The notes beneath the pieces are model-generated. The model was given only the letters and a program-made list of their open reading frames with translations, was not told the origin of the DNA and ran no database searches. A program made the position numbers and the translations under genes. DNA of 63,552 bases, counting the filler, from Reclinomonas americana ATCC 50394 (taxonomy: Eukaryota), in assembly GCA_048213135.1 (NCBI GenBank). It is 17 parts of 17 records of this genome, joined end to end, with 100 filler letters (N's around TTAATTAATTAA, not from the genome) between each part and the next. Parts side by side here need not be neighbours in the genome. Positions count along the whole stretch, not along the records: positions 46,116 to 47,736 come from AFZH01021225.1; positions 47,837 to 50,844 come from AFZH01021226.1; positions 50,945 to 53,126 come from AFZH01021227.1; positions 53,227 to 55,675 come from AFZH01021228.1; positions 55,776 to 58,020 come from AFZH01021229.1; positions 58,121 to 59,792 come from AFZH01021230.1; positions 59,893 to 62,180 come from AFZH01021231.1; 10 more parts are not named here. One strand, given 5' to 3'. Positions 46,617 through 60,006 of this stretch are shown here, piece by piece; the first letter of the stretch is position 1, and each line of letters opens with the position of its first letter.

Positions 46617-49600
46617 ATGAGTCTCCCCCTTCTGCCACTATGTCTTACTCGCCCACTTTCTCTTTGCCTCGCTCTTGCTTTCGCAAACGATTCTCTCTTA
46701 TTGTCTCTTCCTCTCCCTTCAGACATTCTCCTCATGTCTTCTTTTCCCCCATTCTCCTTGCCTCGCTCTCCCCCCCCCCCCCTCCCGCTCGTGCTTTTCT
46801 CTTTCACTCTCTCTAAATCTGACAATCTATTCACCTTCCCTTCCCACCCTGCACAGCTCCGTCGCATCGGCACCGTGGTGCTCGCGCTCGACGGGTACGA
46901 CGAGTGCGGCGAGGCACCCGGCAACGTGTACGTCAACCACGAACTGGATGTTGCGTTGCCCTTGTCAAGAAGAGTGACACACAATGCTGAGAGAGAGAGA
47001 AAGAGAGTGACTCGCTCAGTCGTGCAGAGCTGGCCCAACGTGCTGCTGGTGGTCTCGGTGCGACGCGAGTTCATCAGCCGCCTCGGCAACTTGTGGGCCG
47101 AGGGACATTTCGTGCCCGTGGACCCGAAGCTGTCGCGCGCCGAGCGGCTCCATCAGCCGGAGCGGACGCTCGTGCGGTGCATGCTGCGTCTGTTCTCCAA
47201 GGACGACGTTGATCTCTTTCTGCAAAAGTTGAGGGCAATTTCTGGTGAATCTCCCTTTGCCTTAGCTCACTCTGTGCGAGTAGGTTTGTGGAGTCGCGGG
47301 CGGATCGTTCTCGCTCCTGGGAGCAGCACAAGCAGCAGATCCAGCGCACACCCGGTCTGGATGGACTGGCCTCGTCGGTGAGTTGCTGGGAAAGGGAGAG
47401 AGATGAATGGGCCGTTGAAGTGGAGAAGTGGGTGTCGGAGGAGACTTGCGAGAAAGGGAGAGTCATCAGATGCAGACGAAGGAATAGTGCCGCGAGCAGG
47501 CGCATGCGTCGGGATTGTATGGAAGAAGATGACTACATTCGTAAGGGCAAGAGTTTTGTTGTGGAAAAGGCTCCCTGTATTAGACGCAAGTATTGTCGAA
47601 CCCATGGGGAAAAAGAGCCCGTCGCATGCTGATGGGAGAGGAGAGGAGAGGAGAGGAGAGGAGAGGAGAGGAGAGGAGAGGAGAGGAGAGGAGAGGAGAG
47701 GAGAGGAGAGGAGAGGAGAGGAGAGGAGAGGAGAGGNNNNNNNNNNNNNNNNNNNNNNNNNNNNNNNNNNNNNNNNNNNNTTAATTAATTAANNNNNNNN
47801 NNNNNNNNNNNNNNNNNNNNNNNNNNNNNNNNNNNNTCCCTACTCTCCCTCTCTCACTCTCCCTCCCTCTCTCCCTCCCTCCCACTCTCTCTCTCTCCCA
47901 TTACAGCGAACACAACAGGCTGTTGCGGAGCAAGACGTGTGGAACAAATGGTTCGATCGTGATGATCCACTGCAAAACTCCCTTGTGCGCGCTGTTGCGT
48001 CGTCGTCGTTTGCCCTCTCCCGTCGTCATATGTGTCCTTGCGTTCTCAATGGACAGGACGACACAGGCGTTGCTCAAATGGAGTCGACTCGGAGCGTCAC
48101 AACAGCGTGTGGAGTTCATGCACAAATCGGTGCTGGAGTACTTTGCCGCTCAATCGTGGCTGGCTGATGTGCGGCTGTTGGCCAATGAGGAGGTGGAGAT
48201 GGAGGTAGCATCGTCGTGCTTCTCTGATTGTCTCACTCGCATGGTGCTGAAATATCTTCGTGCAGGATCGACTCGACCGACTGTGCTCCAGCTTTAGTGG
48301 CCAGCGGGCACTGCTCACATCCGATGAAGTGAGTGCATCGATACCATCAACATGAGTGCTCCTGTGTTCACCTCCTTCGATGATTGCAGGGCCTCAACTC
48401 AATCCTGTCGTTCATCGCCGAGCAAGTGCAGTCGGATCCGTCCCTTCATGGTGTGATGTGGAAGGCCATGGCACTCTCGTGCACAGAGGAAAGAGTCGCG
48501 GTCGTGTCTTCGAGTGCCGCCAGTGCGCTGTGCCTCGCGGAGGTGTCGTTTAGTGGGCGAGATCTGTCGGGCGTGCGAATCCCAGGCGCGGATCTGAGGG
48601 ATGCAGTGATGCATAGGACGGTGTGGAAGGGGGCGGATTTGCGAGGGGTGAATGTGTGCCTGGCCTACGGGAGAGAGGCGGATTTCAGAGGAGCGGATGT
48701 GACGGGCGTGAAGTGGCCGAGCAAGCCAATGGAGGGACACACGAGGACGGTGCATGCAGTGGCTGTCACTCCCGACGGGCAGTATGCGGTAAGTAGGAGC
48801 TCTGACTGTACATTGCGTGTGTGGTCACTGGCGACTGGAACGGAGATGCAACGATTGTTGGGTCACTATCACTATGTACACGTCGTTGCTGTCACTCCCG
48901 ACGGCAAGCACATTGTTAGTGGGAGTGAAGACAACACTGCGCGAGTGTGGTCGCTGGCGACTGGAGAAGAGGTGCGACTGTTTGCCGGGCACGCTCAATA
49001 TGTATACTGTGTTGCCGTCTTTCCTGACGGTCAGCTCGTTGCAAGTGGGGGTGCCGACAATACAGTACGAGTGTGGTCACTGGCTGATGGAGAAGAGGTG
49101 CGACAGTTCGTGGGGGACGACGGTTGGGCGATGTGTGTCGCTGTCACTCCCGACGGGCAACACATCGTCAGCGGGAGCTTGGAGGGCACAATACGAGTGT
49201 GGTCTCTGGCGAGTGGGGATGAAGTGCATCGCCTGATGGGGCACACTGGTGGTGTGCGGTCAGTCGCCGTAACCCCCGATGGTCAGTGCATTGTGAGTGG
49301 CGGCAATGACGGCGGGACCGTGCGGGTATGGTCGATGGTCAGTGGAGAGGAGGTGCGAACGCTCGAGGGACACGCTGACGCGGTGTCGTCCGTCGCCGTT
49401 ACTCCGGATGGTCAGTACGTTGTGAGTGGAAGTGAAGACAGCACAATACGTATGTGGTCACTGGGAAGCGGTGAAGAGGTGCGCCGGTTGGAGGGACATA
49501 CGGATGCGGTGTCATCTGTTATTTGCACTCTCGACGGCCAGCGAATAGTGAGCGGCAGTAGAGACGAGAGTGTCCGAGTGTGGTCCATGGCAGGTGGAGA

Positions 49601-50573
49601 AGAGGTGCGACGATTGGAGGGGCACACCGACGTCGTGCAGTCTGTTGCAGTCAGTAGCGATGGCCGCTACATTGTGAGTGGAAGCATGGACCACTCTACC
49701 CGACTGTGGTCAGTGGCGAGTGGGGAAGAGGTGCGACGGTTGGAGGGCCACGAAGGCGAGGTGCGGTCGGTTGCCATCACTCCCGATGGCCTGCACATTG
49801 TGAGCGGGAGCGGAGCAGAAGGCGAAGACGGCATTGTGCGACTGTGGTCGGTGGCGAGTGGAGAAGAGGTTCTGCAGTTGGAGGGACATGAGGACTTGGT
49901 CAGCTCACTCGCCGTCACCCCCGATGGCCAGTACATTGTCAGTGGGAGTGCAGATGGCACTGTGCGAGTGTGGTCGCTGTCGAGTGGAGAGGAGGTGCGA
50001 ATGCTGAAGGGACACACTTACTTTGTGACTTCCGTCGTGATCACGGCTGACGGTGAGCACATTGTGAGCGGCGCTAGAGATGGAACCGTGCGTGTGTGGT
50101 CTGTGGCGGGAGGCGAAGAAGTGCAATGCATCAACTACGATGACAGCGTGTGGTCTGTCGCCGTCGCTCCCGACGGTCAGCAAATCGTCAGTGGAAGTGA
50201 GGACAGCATGATCTGTGTGTGGTCGCTGGCGAGTGGCGAGCGGGAACAAGAGCTGGAGGGTCACGCCGAACCGGTGATGGCAATTGCCGTGACACCCGAC
50301 GGGCAGTATATAGTGAGCGGCAGTGCGGATATGACGGTGAGCGTGTGGTCGCTGGCGAGTGGCGAGGAGGTGCAGACATTGGAGGGACACACGGGTCTTG
50401 TGATGTCAGTCGTCGTTATGCCGGATGGGCGGCACATTGTTAGTGCGGGTGAGGATAACACGATTCGGTTGTGGTCGATGGCGCAGGAGGAGGAGGGGTG
50501 GGAGGGGGTGTTGTTGCATCGTGTTTTTGGTTCTTTTTTGCCTGATTTTACTGGTGCGGTGTTTGAGGAATGA
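44155..50573 (+). CDS. NLR-like STAND protein: N-terminal region - NACHT NTPase - pentapeptide repeats - 14 WD40 repeats (5' end uncertain, possibly from ~43700)
   Basis: Walker A VLVVAGWSGGGKS (exon from 46327), Walker B VVLALDGYDE (~46875), sensor SWPNVLLVVSVRREF, WHD EFMHKSVLEYFAA (~48112), pentapeptides FSGRDLSGVRIPGADLRDAV...ADFRGADVTGV, 14 WD repeats in one final exon (~48390-50573). Some NACHT exons fall in gaps. Confidence 0.88.
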
Positions 50574-50944
50574 ATGGATGGAGAAGAGGTGGTGGGGGGA
50601 AGGGGGAATGGGGAAGGGAGATAGGGAGAAAAAGGAAAGGGGTGGGGGAAAGGGAGATAGGGGAAAGGGGGAGAAAAAGGGGAAGGGTGGGGAGGGGAGG
50701 GGAAGAGAAGGGGAAGGGAAAGGAAGGAGAAGGGGAGAGCAAGGGGAACAGGAAGGGGGAGGACGGAAGGGGGGAAGGGCGAAAGGGGGAAGGGCGAACG
50801 GGGAAGACGGAAGGGGGAAGACTGAAGGGGGAAGACGATGGGGGNNNNNNNNNNNNNNNNNNNNNNNNNNNNNNNNNNNNNNNNNNNNTTAATTAATTAA
50901 NNNNNNNNNNNNNNNNNNNNNNNNNNNNNNNNNNNNNNNNNNNN

Positions 50945-51888
50945 TCGGTGTTCCACTCGGCGGCCAGCGAAGGCCAACTGGCAGTTCTCGAGTACTTGTG
51001 GGCGGAGAGCGGAGTCGGCGGACAGCTGGCGCGCATGACTTCGGCTAACGGTTGGACTCCGCTCATGGCGGCCGCGGCAAAAGGGCGAGTGGGAGTGGTT
51101 GATTGGTTGCTGGCCGAGGAACGGCGGTGTCCGCCCGAGATCGTACACGCCGTCACCAATCGAGGCAGTAACGCGTCGCAGTGTAGTGCGCTGCATTTGG
51201 CGGCCATGAATGGGCGCGAGGGTGTGGTGCAGCTGCTGGCCAGACGGTTTCCGGAGCTGGTGCATGCGGTCAATGGGGCGGGCTTGACGCCGGCGCAGGC
51301 GGCGCGGGAGAAGGGGAAGCATGATGTGGCGGAGGTGCTGGATATGCATGCGAGAGAGTCGCCGGCCTCGCGCTTTCCTCCTCCTCCTCGGTCGCCATCT
51401 CCTCCTCCACCACCTCCTCCTCCACCACCGCGACAGGTGAGCGCGACTCACGCACTGTTCACAATGCGCGGTTGCTCACTGCACGATTGCAGCAGCAGCA
51501 TGACAAGAACGCGCCACTCGCGCCCTCGCAGGAGGAGAACGAGTACGCAGAGATTGTGGCGCAACTGCAGCGTGCCAACGAGGAGCTGCAGCGAGGCATG
51601 GAAAAGGCGCAGCTCGTGAATGAGCACTTGCAGGCGCAGCTGGCGGCGGTGCAGGGGGAGAGGGATGAGCTGGCGGCGCGATTGGTTGCCGTGCTGCAGC
51701 TGGTGGAGGAGAGGGAGGGCGAGGTGGAGCAGCTGCGGAGGGAGGCGGAGGGAGGAGGAGAGGGGAGGGGGAGGAGGAGGGGAGGGTGGAGAAGGGGAAG
51801 AGGAAGAGGGAGAAGGAGGGGAAGGGGAAGAGGAGGGAGAAGGAGAAGGGGAGGAGAAATGAATATAAGTGGCTTGCAATGTGCCTGA
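50945..51888 (+). CDS. Ankyrin-repeat protein with poly-Pro linker and C-terminal coiled coil (5' end lost in gap)
   Basis: GWTPLMAAAAKGRVGVVDWLL, SALHLAAMNGREGVVQLL, GLTPAQAAREKG. Intron ~51437-51492, then heptad-rich LQRANEELQ... exon. Confidence 0.8.
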
Positions 51889-52039
51889 GCTTTGTAGATA
51901 GGAGGGGCAGCTGGCACACAGAATACAGCTGTTGCTTGTTGTTTATCGTGAGCTTTCGCGCTGCAAGAAGAAGAGGAGCTGAGAAGAGAGGAAGGAGGAG
52001 AGGATGAAGAGGAGGAGGAGAGGAGGAAGGAGGAGGAGA

Positions 52040-52760
52040 ATAATGACAAGGAGAAGCGTGCACGTGGGGAGGATTTGGAGATCGTAGCTCAAAAGAGAAG
52101 GAAAGAACTGATGAAAGAGGGTGGAGGAGAAGAGAAAGGGTGCCTTGGACTGCGCTTTGCTGATGCTTTAGGAGGAGGAGGAGGCGGAGAAGAAGAAGAA
52201 GAAGAAGAAGAGTGAGGAAAAGAACGAGAACTCGAGAAGAGAGTGGAGAGAAAGACGAATGTAAGTGGCTGGAGGAGAGGCAAGGGTGCCTTTGAGGAGC
52301 TGGAGGTGAAAAGAACAAGAAGAAGAGGAGGATTCGGAGAACGAAGCTCAAGCGAGAAGGAAAGAACTGATGAAAGACGAGGCTGGAGGGGAAGAGAAAG
52401 AGTGCCTTGGAGGAGCTGGAGGAGAAAAAAGACAAGAAGAAGAGGAGTGAGGAAAAGAAGGAGAACTCGAGAAGAAAGAGGAGAGAAGGACGAATGTGAG
52501 TGCGTGGCTGGAGGATCCGGAAAGGAGAGAAAGAGGACAAGAAGAAGAAGAAGAGGATCTGGAGATCATACCTCACGAGACGAGGGTGAAGGAGAAGAGA
52601 AAGGGCGCCTCTGAGGAGCAAAGGGTGCCTTGGAGGAGCTGGATGAGAAGAAGGACAAGAGGAAGAGGAGGATCCGGAGATCGTTGCTCAAGAGTGAAGG
52701 AAAGAACTAATGAAAGGCGAGGCTGGAGGATAAGAGAAAGAGTGCTTCGATCTGCAAACC
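52040..52760 (+). repeat. Degenerate GA-rich tandem repeat (recurring GTGCCTTGGAGGAGCTGGA core)
   Basis: Core recurs near 52140, 52285, 52402 and 52625. Confidence 0.7.
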
Positions 52761-53005
52761 TTACAAAAGTGACAAAGAAAGAGAGCGCGCGGTGCTCGCC
52801 CTCACAAAGTCCCTCTGTTTTGCTCTCTCATGAGCGACCGTTCCCCTGCACAAGTGGTACACGAGGAGCTGACAAGAAGAGAACAAGAGGAGAAACAAGG
52901 AGAAGAAGAAGAAGTGGGAGATGAGGATAGTGTGGAGGCGGAGTTAATGCAACCAAAGAACTCGTTGTTTGGTGAGTGTGCTGAAAGAGAGTGAGTGTGT
53001 GTGTG

Positions 53006-53045
<40 letters not shown>

Positions 53046-53230
53046 GGTAGGGGAAGGTAAGAGGTGGAGGGTGGAGTGAGAGAAGAGTAGAGTGTATTGT
53101 TTGTTGTTTGTGTGAGTAAGTGTGTGNNNNNNNNNNNNNNNNNNNNNNNNNNNNNNNNNNNNNNNNNNNNTTAATTAATTAANNNNNNNNNNNNNNNNNN
53201 NNNNNNNNNNNNNNNNNNNNNNNNNNGGTA

Positions 53231-53285
<55 letters not shown>

Positions 53286-53329
53286 GGAAGGGTAAGAGTG
53301 AGGGTGGGAGTGTGAGAAGAGTACGAGTG

Positions 53330-54180
53330 TATATTTGTGTTTTGTGTGCAAAGTGTGTGCAAAGTGTGTGCAAAGTGAGTGGAAGTGTGTGCAAAGTGTG
53401 TGAGAGTGTGTGAGAGTGTGTAGAAGTGTGCGAATGAGTTGAAGTGCGAGAAAAAGTGTGTAAGTGCGAGAAAAGTGTGCAAAAGTGTGTGCAAAGTGTG
53501 CAAAAGTGTGTGCACAGTGAGTGGCAGTGTGCGTGTGTGTGCGAGTGAGTGTAAGTGAGTGTAAGTGAGTGTACAAGAGTGCAGAGTGTGTGCAAGTGAG
53601 TGAGAGTGTGCGAGAATGTGTGCAACAGTGAGTTTGAATGTGTCCAAAAGCGTGGAAGTGTGAAGAAGTGTGCGAAAGTGTGTGTAAAGTGAGTGCAAAG
53701 TGTGTGGAAGTGTGCGTAAGTGAGTGCGAGTGTGCGAGAGTGAGTGAGGAGTGTGAAGAAGTGAGTGTAAAGTGAGTGTTCTTGAGTGAAAGTGTGCGAA
53801 AGTGTGTGTAAAGTGTGTGTATGTGTGCGAAAGTGTGTGTAAAGTGAGCGCAAGTGTGTGGAAGTGTGCGTAAGTGAGTGCGAGTGTGCGGGAGTGAGTG
53901 AGAAGTGTGAGTAAGTGAGTGAACAGTGAGTGTTCTTGAGTGAAAGTGTGCAAAAGTGTGTGTAAAGTGTGTGTATGTGTGCGAAAGTGTGTGCAAGTGA
54001 GTGGAAGTGTGCGTAAGCGAGTGCGAGTGTGCGAGAGTGAGCGAGAAGTGTGTAAGTGCGAGAAAAAGTGTGCAAAAGTGAGTGAAAGTGTGCAAAAGTG
54101 TGTGTAAAGTGTGTGCATGTGTGCGAAAGTGTGCGTAAAGTGAGCGCTTGTGAGTAGGAGTGTGCACAAGTGAGTGCATT
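53330..54180 (+). repeat. GT/GA-rich minisatellite (AAAGTGTGTGC/GAGTGTGC variants)
   Basis: Visible tandem repeat. It gives rise to spurious His/Thr-rich ORFs on the minus strand. Confidence 0.9.
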
Positions 54181-54270
54181 ATGAGTGCGAGACTATTTTT
54201 CCTCATTGTTGTGTTCGTGATCAGACTGCGCCATTCTCACTCTCTTTCTCTCTGTTGTGTGTGATTGCAG

Positions 54271-57200
54271 CTCTTCGACTGCAACCACACTCGACTCGCA
54301 GTGCCAGTGGATCGGCTTCTCCATCGTCGCCTTCGTCGCCGGCGAATGGGAGCACGCAGTCGTCGCCGCCGACTTCCAGGTCCAGAGGTCCGTTTTTAAG
54401 AATGCATGTGCTAGAGTGTTTCTCTCTTCTTTATGTGCTGCTTGCTCTTGATTGCCCATTGTGTTTGTTGTTCTCGAGCTGTGCTGACCTCATTCGGTCA
54501 CGTCTTTCTTTCTCCTTTGCTGCTCATGAGCTCGTTTCTCCTTCACCGTTCTTTGTGAGTCTCCGCGCTCTCCAAGGGCTCGTTCCTTTCTGCGCCTCCT
54601 GTGCTAATCTTCTCTCTCTTTCTGTAGGTCACCATTCTTTGGGAGTTCGTCTGTCTCTTCTTCGCTCCTCAGCTCGTTTCTCACTGCACCTGCTGTGCTG
54701 ACCTCAGTCGTCCATCTCCCTTTGCAAGTCCTCTCTCTCTCTCGGTCTTGCTCCTCACTGCGCCTGCGTTGCTGATCTTCTTTCCCACTTCTTTTGTCTC
54801 TTCTTCGCCCCTGGGCTTGTTTTTCACTGCACCTGCTGTGCTGAACTCCTTTACTCCTTCGCTGTTCCTTGCGAGTCCTTTGTCTCTCCTGGACTCATTC
54901 CTCACTGGCCTGCTTTGTCGATCGCATCTCTCACTCTTCGCGGTCCTTTCGAGCTCTCTCTCTCTCTTTCGCAAGTTTCTCACTTCGCTTCCTGTGCTGA
55001 TCTCGCTCACTTTTTTATCTCCCTTTGCGAGTAACTCGCTCTCTCTCTCTCTCTCTGTCTCCTGGGCTCGTTCCTCACTGCGCCTCCTTTGCTGATCCCC
55101 CTCACCGTGTTTTCGAGCTCTCTCCTTCACACCTTCACTGCGCCTCTTGTGTTCATCTCATTCACCGTGTTTGTGAGCCCTCTCCTGCTCATCTTGGCTC
55201 GTTCCTCACGGCGCCTGTTTGCCGATCTTTGCTCTCGCTCATTCATCATCCTTTGCTAGCCCTTCTGAGTCTCTTCGGTCTTTGCCTCACTCCTTGACTT
55301 TGGCAATCCTCTCTCTGATATCTCTCTATGGCATGCACATGACGTGGCTCGCGTGCTTCTCCTCCTCCCTCCCCACCCCTTCCTCCTCCCCCCTTCCCCT
55401 TCCCCCCTTCCCCTTTCCCCCCCTTCCCCACCCTTCCCCCTGTTCTCCTCACCCTTCCCCCTTTTCTCCTCACCCTTTCCCCTTCCCGCCAGGCGACAGC
55501 GAACCCCACATCCTCCTCATGTTCCCCGACGCCCGAAAACGCCTCCGCGACCGCTCCTCGCTCCCGGCACCCCCCTCCGCCTCCCCCGCCGCCCTCCCCT
55601 CCTCCCCCCTGCCGCCCTCCCCCCGCTCACCAGTACTGGCGGCGGCCACCAACACCAACGGCAGCTCGTCGGCCANNNNNNNNNNNNNNNNNNNNNNNNN
55701 NNNNNNNNNNNNNNNNNNNTTAATTAATTAANNNNNNNNNNNNNNNNNNNNNNNNNNNNNNNNNNNNNNNNNNNNGCAAGGCTGGTGTGCCACTGTGGCA
55801 TGCCCCTGGTGTGTATAACATTGGTTTATTCTCTCTCTCTCTCTTCTTTACTCATCCCTTCTCCTCCCCACTCAGTACACCGCCTGTCGTTCGCCTCGCG
55901 CACCCAGCGACCGGCCACACCCTCGGTCGAGGCGCCAGTGCCGCAGAAGTGGATTCTCTCGCAGGACATTGTCGCCGAGCGCGTGTGGGGCTACGATGTG
56001 TCGCCGCTGTCGGCGCACATGGACGATGAGGAGGATCATGAGGATGGAGGCGACCAGCTGCTAGCCAACTCCCACAATTCAGCACCTTCGCAACCACCTC
56101 CACCTGCACCGACATCCACGCCCACCACCCTCTCGGTCGGCGGCAGTGATACGCGACCGCGTTCGCTCTCTGCCGTCACCGGGGCCACGACGCACGAGAC
56201 GCTGGGTACGACTGCCGCGCGCTACCGCGGCATGAGTGTCATGCGAGCGTTTCACGAAAAGGCGGCCGAGGAGGACGACGAGCGGTGGGAGGAGTTTTCG
56301 TCGTCGCTGGTCGGCGTGCGGCTACCACAGCGTGCGCCCTCGTCGACCGCAGGCAGCGAAAAATCGGCCAAGGTGGTCACCGTGCCTGCCTTGCGGGTTG
56401 AGGCGGTGGCGCCGATCGCTGTGCCCGTGTTGTTATTACCGGGCGCGGACGTGACGGTGCCGACTCCTCCCCAGCCACCACCGCCGCCTCCTATCATGAT
56501 GGAGACTCCGGTTGCGGCGACCAATCCCGGTGTGCCGATACTGAATCTCGCTGGTGAGTGACATGACGCGCATCCTGTTGTTGATAGTCGAGTGAGTGAG
56601 TGAGCGCATGTGCATGTACGACACAGGTTTGAATCCTCCAGGTCTGCAGCTTCTCGGTGACTGGTGATGGCGTGTTTTGCTTTTTTTGGATTACTCACCC
56701 GCCGCACACAGCTGCCTTGCCGCCGGTTCTGGGCGATGATGTCGCTCCGGCAATGTCGATGGCTTCCATGCCAGGTGAGTGCGACGAGGAGTGGGAAATA
56801 TGGAGGAATGTGACTCATCTGTTCGTGGATGCACACAGTACCACCGCCTCCGCCCTTTTTGCTTCCCGACGCGCCACCGCTGGATGGCGGTGCGTGATTT
56901 GCTTGACTCGCCTCCCTGAATTTCGCTCATTCTCTTGCACAGTCGACCTGCCATCCATGTTCGTGCCGCCGCCACCGCCTCCTCCACCGCCTCCGCCGGG
57001 GCTACCACTGGAGTTATTGGGAGGTGAGTGGCTGACACTAGAGAGGCGATGTCTGAGATGTGATTGTTCACGATTTGTGGCAGTGCCGATGGATGGAGAT
57101 TTTGCATCAGGTGTGCCTTTTCTGCGACCCTCTCTCTTCCCATGATCTTCCGCTGTTCCGTTGTTGTCTTGCTTCCTTCTTGTCGCATGCGATGCTTGTC

Positions 57201-58020
57201 TTCCCCTTCCAGACTTTACCCTTCCGTCTTCCCGCCTCCCTCGTGTTTCTTCCATCTTCCCCCCTCCCTCATTTCTCTTCCCCCAGTTCCCCCTTCCGTC
57301 TTCCCCCCTTCCGTCTTTCCCCGTTCTGTTTTCCCGCCTTCTCTACTTCCTTCTTCCTCTCCTTCCCCCTTCCTCTTTCCTCTTCCATGTTTCCCCTTCG
57401 GTCTGTCCCCCTTCCGTCGTTCCCTCTTCCATCTTTCCCCCTTCCGTCTTTCCGCCTTCCATCTCCCCCTTCCCATCTTCCCCTCTTCCCATCTTTTTCC
57501 CTCCGTCTTGCCGCCTTCCGTCGTTCCCCCTTCCCATCTTCCCCTCTTCCCATCTTTTTCCCTCCGTCTTGCCGCCTTCCGTCGTTCCCCCTTCCGTCTT
57601 CTCCCCTTCCGTCTTCTCCCCTTCTATCTTCCCCCCTTCCATTATCCCCCTTCCATCTTCCCCCCTTCCCCTTAACCCCTTCCCGATTCCCCTCTCCGCC
57701 CTGCCCCCTCACCCCCTTCCCCTCCGTCCCCCTCCCCTTCCCCTATCTGCAGTCAACCTTCCCTCCCACCTCCCACCACCACCTCCACCACCCCCGCCAC
57801 CACCGATCCTCCCCGACTCGCTCGCGCTCTCTCTGTCGGCACTGGCGCTCGACAATCCACTCCCTCTACACGACTCGCCCACCAATTTCGCGCTGCCGCC
57901 GCCACCACCACTGCCTGTGGAGTACGACGACATGGCCAGCTCGAGACCACAGCTGCCGCAGTCGCCGCAGTCGGGCGTCGCAGTGCCGCTGTTATCACTG
58001 CCTCCGCCGCCGCCGCTGCC
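54271..58020 (+). CDS. Multi-exon proline-rich low-complexity protein of unknown function (partial)
   Basis: GC-rich islands bounded by AG/GT at ~54271-54379, 55493-gap, 55876-56553, 56712-56773, 56943-57023, 57753-gap, encoding poly-Pro tracts. No recognisable domain, and some frames are ambiguous. Confidence 0.55.
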
Positions 58021-59209
58021 NNNNNNNNNNNNNNNNNNNNNNNNNNNNNNNNNNNNNNNNNNNNTTAATTAATTAANNNNNNNNNNNNNNNNNNNNNNNN
58101 NNNNNNNNNNNNNNNNNNNNACCAGCATAGAGGAATGAGAGAGAGAGAGAATGTGCGTAAAACAGGAATCGTGCTTGACTGGTTTGTTGAGAAGGAACTC
58201 TCTGCTCGTTGTCACCATCCCTTTCTGCGCTGTTTCTTGAGGTTTCCTTGCCAACTTGCATCTGCTCTCGCTACTCGCTCCTCTCGTCTCTCTCTCTCTC
58301 TCTCTCTCTCTTACTGTGCTTCGTCTCTTGCGTACATTTCCTGTCTCGTAATCTCATTCCCTCTCGTGTTCACGAATTGTTTTCCACTGTCCCCGGTCTT
58401 GCCGTCTCGGTCTTGATAGCTCACTGCCTCTCTTGCTCCATCTTTGGTTCGCTCTCTCGTTGTCTCTTCTCTCTCTCTCTCTCTCTCATTGCTTCTTCTC
58501 AGTCTTGGTATTTTCCCGTTTCTCTCTTTCTCTCTTCTGTGTTTGGCTTTTCTCAGAGTCCCGTTGGTGTTCCTCTTCTCTTTCTTCTCATCTGTCTTCT
58601 GGTCTCAAACACGGTTGTCTGGTGCCTGTTTCTCTCTGGTTCCACTGTTGTCGTCTATCTCGATCTCTCTCGTGGCGTTTCTGTTGTCTGGTCGTCTCCG
58701 GTTTCCTCACTCTTTAATTTACCCATTGGCTTTCTTCATGTTCTGTTGTTTTGCACTGTCTCCATCGTTTTCGTCGACTCAGTCACTCTTCCTCTCTTCA
58801 TCTGGATCATTCCTTGCATGCATATCCTTCTCTCTCTCTCTCTCTCTCGCACTCTCGGTCGTCCGTCGTCACCTTCTCTAACTCCCTGCTAATCAGTCGC
58901 ACTTCGCTTTTCCCCTCGCCTCCCCCTTTGCCTTACAATCGCCCCTCTCTTTCCCTTTTCATCACGGCGGGTGGATCACACACATTCACTCTCCTGCGAG
59001 CTTCTGGGCAAAAAAAAACACACTCTTGCCTTTGCTTTCCACAACCCCACCTCGTATGAGCAACCATTACGCTCGGTCTTGCAACACACACAGACACGCG
59101 AAGAAAAAAACACACACGAAAGTAAACGAATGGAGATATTTGAACAACAAACAAACAAACAAACAAACATATGCACAGTCGACAACAACAATACCAACAG
59201 ACACGCGCG

Positions 59210-59968
59210 TCAATCGTGCGTGGCCAAGTGGTGAAACACTTGCAATCGATGGTGATGCTTGATCTCGCTCAGACGCGTTTGGCTCCCGGACGTCGGCAGC
59301 ACCTCTCGGTCCAGCGCACTGTTGATTGGAAAAAGAGCAGTGTTGTGAGTAAGGGATGCGCAAGGAGAACAATTACTTCCCGCCACCAACCTAAAATCAT
59401 CTCCCGTCATGGTGAACAGGTCCGCGGCATCGTCCGGCGAGGCCAGTGGAGCGGCTGCTGACGGTACGGCAGGAGGCAGCGTGAATGGCGCTGGAGGCGG
59501 AGGCGTGTGGCCGTTACCGTTGTGCGCCGACGGGGCCAACGACGTGCGTTGCAGCTGGTGCTGCAGCGAATCCATCGCGTACGGCGTCGGCGAGAGCGGT
59601 GGCGTGCCGGTCTGCGAGTGCGAGGCGCTCGAGGTGCCACTGACCATCGACTCGCCACCGTGCGACCCGGCACTGCGCGCGGACGTCGGCCACTGCGGAT
59701 GGACAGCCAGATGATGATGCTGCTGATGGTGCTGCTGCTGCTGCTGCTGAGAAGGAGGAGGTGGAGGCAACTGGTGCTGAAAGTGGTGGTACNNNNNNNN
59801 NNNNNNNNNNNNNNNNNNNNNNNNNNNNNNNNNNNNTTAATTAATTAANNNNNNNNNNNNNNNNNNNNNNNNNNNNNNNNNNNNNNNNNNNNTGGCGGCG
59901 GCGCATACATGTGCTCCTGCGACAGCGAGAGCGGCTGCGGCTGTGGAGGCGAGTGGTGTGGTGGATGT

Positions 59969-60006
<38 letters not shown>

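Noticed and set aside
53171..54206. 300-340 aa His/Thr-rich ORFs in all three minus frames
   Set aside because: Stop-free translation of a GT-rich minisatellite. The same applies to the poly-ER, poly-LS and Cys/Leu-rich ORFs at 21320-22400, 32380-33654, 42829-43594 and 57060-58076.
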